This document shows positions 59,156 through 64,000 of a stretch of DNA of 64,000 nucleotides, in pieces; position 1 is the first letter of the stretch, and every line of letters begins with the position of its first letter. The notes under the pieces were generated by a model. It was not told the origin of the DNA, did no database searches, and saw nothing but the letters and a program-made list of their open reading frames with translations. This DNA comes from Calditrichia bacterium. Lineage in GTDB: Bacteria > Calditrichota > Calditrichia > RBG-13-44-9 > J075. The DNA is taken from contig JBOEGD010000024.1 of assembly GCA_050633245.1 (NCBI GenBank), forward strand, positions 64,001 through 128,000, in the 5' to 3' direction. The translations under genes were made by a program, and so were the position numbers.

Positions 59156-60068
59156 TGCTTGAAACATTCGTTCTCGAATAGGCAATTAGGCGGTGTTGCT
59201 TCGTTGCCGTCGGCTCTGCCTTATTGCATCCTGACCATTCTTTTGGCCCGCTTTTCGTTTCAATTGTAATCTCATAGCTTTCTTCATCCACCTTGAATAC
59301 AGCCGTTGTCCTGGAATCGCTACCCATTGTGAAATGGACTAAAGTAACTGATTTGGCGCGAAAGTTATTTAGTTCAGTGCGCAGTAAATGCTCTGCAGCC
59401 TGAACCGACTTTGCACGACCGGTGCATCCGCGATAAATCAAGGGTAGAATCTCTCCATTTAATATTGCTTCTGCTGCCTGGAGCGTATCACTTATTGTAA
59501 CCCGACCATAGCATGCTCCGGAAGGAAAATGCATGAATGTTGGTGCGTATTTATGCCCGCCAAAGTGGGAGCACTGCCACACGTCTTTGCCATAATAATT
59601 GCAAAGAGAGTTGTAAACGGGGATGCCGAACTTTGCGCAACAGCGATCTCGCTTGCCATTGGTACACACCAGAAAAAGATTGCCGGAATTAACATCCGAT
59701 GCCGACTCATTCTCATAAAACGATGCTAAATCGAGATTCAACAGATCTTCATGTGTCGCGAGATTGTACTGCCTCATACGCGCTGTTTCTCTATTGGAAA
59801 AAAGAAACAGTTTTAGGTTGGGCTCCTGTCTACGCTCCGGCTTTTTAATAAATAACACCTTCAGTCCGGCTATACTCTCGGTAAGATGTTGCAGTGTATC
59901 TTTTACCTCACGCGGAAGGGAGCTATATGGCAATACCTTCGGGCCCCACGGGCCACGATATTCCAGCAGGAGCCAGCGGGTTGCTTCGGGGGCACTACCG
60001 AACAGCGCCCCTTTACCAGCCTGCGAACAGTATAAAATGTCTTGTATGTTTTTTTCAGAACTATCCAT
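59139..60068 (-). CDS. sucrase-ferredoxin-like (Apd1/Aim32-type 2Fe-2S) protein
   Basis: WLLLEYRGPW, CTNGKRDRCC, CSHFGGHKYAP, YGRV. Confidence 0.88.
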   Translation of the reverse strand: MDSSEKNIQDILYCSQAGKGALFGSAPEATRWLLLEYRGPWGPKVLPYSSLPREVKDTLQHLTESIAGLKVLFIKKPERRQEPNLKLFLFSNRETARMRQYNLATHEDLLNLDLASFYENESASDVNSGNLFLVCTNGKRDRCCAKFGIPVYNSLCNYYGKDVWQCSHFGGHKYAPTFMHFPSGACYGRVTISDTLQAAEAILNGEILPLIYRGCTGRAKSVQAAEHLLRTELNNFRAKSVTLVHFTMGSDSRTTAVFKVDEESYEITIETKSGPKEWSGCNKAEPTATKQHRLIAYSRTNVSSTIKAI

Positions 60069-60203
60069 TTTTACACGCCATTATTTTTCACGGTCTAAAA
60101 AAGGCAGGAAGTTCTGTTAAATCAAGGTTTTTTGAAACGGAGAATCATTATGAAAGGACGCTTCGCTGTAAGATGCTGCGTTTGCAGGATGCTTTAACTT
60201 CGG

Positions 60204-60776
60204 TTAAAACGGATCAAAGATTTCTACTCTCTGCTCAACGATCGGCGTTGCGGTAAACTCCAGAAGCAGTGTGAATCGTGTTACTTCGGGAAATGCTTCG
60301 CCGGTTACATGGACGGTTACCAGACTGCCGCTGTTGCCCTCGACAATGTCTTCCAGTGCGAGGTTGAGTAGGTCAACTCCATTGCTATTTAAGGATATCT
60401 CTTTGCGCTCACCGATTGAATCTCCCAGCAGAAGTCCGTCTACAGAGAAAAGAACTTCTTCCGCAGATCCGTCATAGCTTAAACCGAATGAAGCATTCGC
60501 AGCCGAATGGGCATTGTCTGTATCCAGAATCGCAAAGCTCATTCCTTCAATTTTCGTCTCGCGAATCTCTTCAAAGCCAAATTCTCCTTGAAGCTGATTG
60601 CGAATTTCTTCTGCGATATCGAGTCCATTTACTGTTTCTGTAACGTCAAAAGTATTGTTGTTCTGTACATTTATATTCAGGACTACCGCAAAGCTGGTAG
60701 GGAAAGGCAGATAAACTATTTTTTCTACACAGCTACTGCTGAACAGGCAGATAAAAAGCAGGATTGATAAACGCAT
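60204..60776 (-). CDS. lipoprotein, hypothetical
   Basis: GGAGA RBS; MRLSILLFICLFSSSC lipobox-like signal. Confidence 0.7.
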   Translation of the reverse strand: MRLSILLFICLFSSSCVEKIVYLPFPTSFAVVLNINVQNNNTFDVTETVNGLDIAEEIRNQLQGEFGFEEIRETKIEGMSFAILDTDNAHSAANASFGLSYDGSAEEVLFSVDGLLLGDSIGERKEISLNSNGVDLLNLALEDIVEGNSGSLVTVHVTGEAFPEVTRFTLLLEFTATPIVEQRVEIFDPF

Positions 60777-60816
60777 ATATTTTTCTCCAATATTGTCTTT
60801 ACTCTTTCGTATTTTC

Positions 60817-60901
60817 CACCCAGTCACCCAGTCACCCAGTCACCCAGTCACCCAGTCACCCAGTCACCCAGTCACCCAGTCACCCAGTCACCCAGTCACC
60901 C
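60817..60901. repeat. perfect 8-bp tandem repeat (CACCCAGT) x10.6
   Basis: Directly visible. Confidence 0.98.
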
Positions 60902-61780
60902 TTAAAGGCCAAAGCTGACACCGGTATTCAACACCTGTTGGCTTCCCATACTGTAATCCATGCTGATGTGAAGTATGTAGAGATCGAAGGCAAAGCCTGC
61001 GAAAACCCGAAACTTGTTATCGCCTGTTAACTCGAGTTTTATTTCTTCCGTGCCGTTATTCGGTGTATACTCAATGTCTGTTGAATTTGACTCTATACCC
61101 AGTCCTCCAAACACCTGAAAGAATGGCACTCGTTTACCAACCTCGGCATGAAAATAGGTCTGATTAATATCAATTATCGAGCCCAACTTCAAATCGGTAT
61201 AGGCGAAGCCTGCTGCCAAATCGACCGGGCTATTCGGAATATATTGGCTAATGCTATGGCGTAGCCCCAGTCCAAATAAACGCAGTTCACCGACATCATC
61301 TGATGGTGTTACAGACAAATAGCGAATAGCTGCATCAGTACCCAAAACACTTCCTATAGTTAGCGTTGGGGTGATTGTGGCGAGGGCGCTTAGGTCGTAG
61401 CCGCCTGGAAAGGTATAGCTGGTATTTCCATCACCATTCACGGTTGTGCCGGTTCCGTCCCCAACGATTGTGCTGGTTTCAGCGGTCTGCACGGGTACAA
61501 AAAAGCCTTCTGTTGAAGCCATGAACGTGCGCTGCTCATCCGAAAAGAATGCCGCCATCGCGTTTACCCGCAGATCGAGATGAAATCCTGTCTTTGGCAC
61601 ATATGCACCAACAAAGTATCCGCTGTTTAAGTTCGCGCCCAATCCGGTAATCAGTGGATTCACATAACCGTCTACATTGTCGCCGGTGTAGCGCTGAATC
61701 AGCTCGTCCAGGTTTTGAGCGTTTAATGGTAAAGCTGATGCAATTAAAAATAGCAGAAATAATTTGCGAAAAAATATCAT
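60902..61780 (-). CDS. outer-membrane beta-barrel protein (DUF6588-like)
   Basis: Signal peptide; GANLNSG, GLGLRHSISQY, C-terminal GVSFGL. Confidence 0.72.
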   Translation of the reverse strand: MIFFRKLFLLFLIASALPLNAQNLDELIQRYTGDNVDGYVNPLITGLGANLNSGYFVGAYVPKTGFHLDLRVNAMAAFFSDEQRTFMASTEGFFVPVQTAETSTIVGDGTGTTVNGDGNTSYTFPGGYDLSALATITPTLTIGSVLGTDAAIRYLSVTPSDDVGELRLFGLGLRHSISQYIPNSPVDLAAGFAYTDLKLGSIIDINQTYFHAEVGKRVPFFQVFGGLGIESNSTDIEYTPNNGTEEIKLELTGDNKFRVFAGFAFDLYILHISMDYSMGSQQVLNTGVSFGL

Positions 61781-61819
61781 TGTAGTCTCACGATTTTGTT
61801 TCTAATTCCAGCGTGATCT

Positions 61820-63460
61820 TTAGCGAACCAGCATCATTTTACGGGTGGCGGTAAATTCATCCGCGGTAAGGCGATAAAGATAAACGCCGCTCGATACCGG
61901 ATAGCCATTGCTATCGCGACCATCCCAGCGCACGCTGTGTTCTCCAACGTCCTGAGAACCGGCAACCAGTGTTTTAACCATCTGTCCCAGTAAATTATAA
62001 ACCTGAAGAGAGACTTCTGTTTGCTGATTAAGGCGATATCGAATAACCGTCTCAGGATTAAATGGATTCGGGTAGTTCTGAGCAAGACTGTAATCTACGG
62101 GCAATAGCGGAATACCTTCACTGTGTTTGTCGGACCATTCTTTATCTCCGATTAACAGTAGTAATTCTCTACTTTCATTTGCCTGTAGCTCAACCGTAAA
62201 GCGCATCTCACCTTTACTTAAAAGAGCTTGTCTGCGCGAACGATCGAGAATGAAAATATCTGAATCCGCAGGCAGTTCACCCTCTTCGGTCAGATCTATG
62301 CTGACTGTAAGTGCTTTCGGCGGCGCCTTAAGCATCAGTTTCCAGCTGCCCTGAAACGATTGCTCAGCGCTGATCTTTTCCATGTAGTGAATGTCATTAT
62401 CCAGTATGGAGAGCTGAATATTTTCGCTGATTGCCGGTGGCTCGCGCAGCTCCGTGTCAACTCCGCTTAAATTCCAGCCAATGCGATTGTGGCTGTCGCG
62501 ATAACGCCCTTCTGCCGAAGCACTAAGGTTTAATGCGTAAACAGGTGCCTCAGTGGCGCGTTTAACGAATTCGCCTTCCCCACCTCCGCCATCTCGTGTG
62601 CGAAAGTTTAGATTAACAGCATTACCTGAATTGAATACAAAATAACCGTTCCATGGTTCCAGGGTGTCTGCAATTGTGAACTCTGTACCGTCGTAGAAAT
62701 AGGGACCTTGTAAATTGCCTTCAGAAGCTACATCAGACCATGCAAAATTAAATGCGAAGGGATTTCCAATCTGATTCCAGCCGGTTTGCAAAAATACATT
62801 TTGCGTTACAGAAGCATCAAGAGTCAGCCCCGAATCGACGTCAAAAAAACCACCGTCTTCGCTAATTAACCAGAATGCGTTGCCGGGAACAAAACGCGCC
62901 GGTATAAGTGGAAATTCCTGATAACCTGTCTGCTTTTCCTCTTGAATATTCGACCAGCGAAACAGGCGCCACTTTTCAATGTCGTACTGTCCAAGATCGT
63001 CAAACAAAACGTCCTCAATGTCTGACGAGCGCAGCTGTAAGGGAACCGAAACCATGCGATAGGTGTTTACCGGAAGTGAGATTCGATTTGTAATATAGTT
63101 GTCTGCGTTTATTCTTACAATTGCAGGGTTGTTATCGTTTGTTCCTGCCGGGACATTGATTGTATTGACGAGATCTGAAAAAGACACGAAGAACTCCAGG
63201 CCTCTTTCAGTCATAAACTCTGATGGAACTGTTGCGCGAAATGTACTTCCGGACTCAACCAGATTTACAATGGTGTAGGTCTGTTCGCCGCCCTGCCGAT
63301 AACAGATGAGGTTGAACGACCAGTCTCCGCTTGTTGGTGGCGTAATGGTAAGGGAATAGGGCTGGTTAATGCGCGGTGGATTATCTTCAATAATCGTTTG
63401 CGCAAAACTCAATTGCAAAAAGAGTAGTAAAAGAAACAATGTCGGGGCAAGTTTCATCAC
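61820..63460 (-). CDS. secreted protein with C-terminal FlgD-Ig/T9SS-like sorting domain
   Basis: Signal peptide; YRMVSVP, GWNQIGNPF, QNYPNPFNP..SGVYLYRL. Confidence 0.85.
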   Translation of the reverse strand: MMKLAPTLFLLLLFLQLSFAQTIIEDNPPRINQPYSLTITPPTSGDWSFNLICYRQGGEQTYTIVNLVESGSTFRATVPSEFMTERGLEFFVSFSDLVNTINVPAGTNDNNPAIVRINADNYITNRISLPVNTYRMVSVPLQLRSSDIEDVLFDDLGQYDIEKWRLFRWSNIQEEKQTGYQEFPLIPARFVPGNAFWLISEDGGFFDVDSGLTLDASVTQNVFLQTGWNQIGNPFAFNFAWSDVASEGNLQGPYFYDGTEFTIADTLEPWNGYFVFNSGNAVNLNFRTRDGGGGEGEFVKRATEAPVYALNLSASAEGRYRDSHNRIGWNLSGVDTELREPPAISENIQLSILDNDIHYMEKISAEQSFQGSWKLMLKAPPKALTVSIDLTEEGELPADSDIFILDRSRRQALLSKGEMRFTVELQANESRELLLLIGDKEWSDKHSEGIPLLPVDYSLAQNYPNPFNPETVIRYRLNQQTEVSLQVYNLLGQMVKTLVAGSQDVGEHSVRWDGRDSNGYPVSSGVYLYRLTADEFTATRKMMLVR

Positions 63461-63778
63461 CGATCCTCAATATGGCGTTTGTAAAAATAATGTTATTCTA
63501 TAGCGACTGCTTGGTTTTTACTATCGCTGCTTCTAATATGCTGAAGCTGGTTTTGCAAAGATGTGATGGCCGATAATTGCTAACATAGGCGTGTTGCCCG
63601 TCACCTTTGCCGGGCATTGCATGGGGAGGAAGACTGGCAGGACGCTATTTATATTGCCTTTGCAAAATAGTACGGATATATTTTTTTGAACGCAAACGGG
63701 AATTTGAACGGTGAACGGTGAACGGAGAATAAAAGAAGTATTTTCCTTCTGCCTTCTGTCTTCTAAAAAGGAAAACGA

Positions 63779-64000
63779 ATGCCAAAGAACAAAGGTCTGT
63801 TGCTTTTTATCCTCTTGATTATACTGGGTACGATCATTTTTCATATTCCCCAGTCGATACACGGTGAGGACCGGGTTGTAACCGAGCTTTCTGCCACTGC
63901 AGATGATCTGCGTAGCGCAATATATGAAAAGCGACGGGTTTTATTGGTCTATGGAGATCATGATGACTATAAAAATGCTGCTGAGAAAAAGGTCACGCAA
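63779..64000 (+). CDS. membrane-anchored/secreted protein, N-terminal part (runs off window)
   Basis: AAGGA RBS, then ATG 63779: MPKNKGLLLFILLIILGTIIFH..., open to the window end. Confidence 0.65.
   Translation, partial: MPKNKGLLLFILLIILGTIIFHIPQSIHGEDRVVTELSATADDLRSAIYEKRRVLLVYGDHDDYKNAAEKKVTQ

Noticed and set aside
60764-61030. 88-aa ORF with TQSPSHPV repeats
   Set aside because: Antisense translation of the octamer repeat, overlapping real genes
63533-63862. 109-aa minus-strand ORF
   Set aside because: Overlaps a better + strand gene starting at 63779 and has no motifs

Overview
Chromosomal segment of a Gram-negative bacterium. Secreted proteins ending in an 'N(Y/H)PNPFNP' FlgD-Ig/T9SS-like domain, a PorQ/PorV-like barrel and Bacteroidetes-style aromatic genes suggest an FCB-associated lineage such as Calditrichota or KSB1 (inference). 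The window is mostly housekeeping: acyl-CoA dehydrogenase, dprA, obgE, an amidase, czcCBA-type efflux, a shikimate operon (aroF-aroB-aroDE-aroA-aroK), pheA-aminotransferase-DAHPS/CM, glnA/glnE, signalling genes and secreted proteins. Signals missed or unexplained by the ORF track: (1) a 21-aa Phe/Tyr/Trp leader peptide with a full attenuator before pheA; (2) an ArsC-like selenoprotein with an in-frame UGA in UxxC and a SECIS-like hairpin; (3) a GxxExxY PD-(D/E)XK gene followed by a ~290-bp repeat array that abuts dprA; (4) an apparently catalytically dead tyrosine-recombinase-fold gene between glnA and an ACT-containing glnE; (5) a 1624-aa SF1 helicase/REase with degenerate catalytic motifs, preceded by a structured GC-rich intergenic element; (6) an 8-bp tandem repeat that fits the G-quadruplex pattern. 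No tRNA, rRNA, CRISPR array or transposase was recognised. All calls come from reading motifs by eye; no searches were run.
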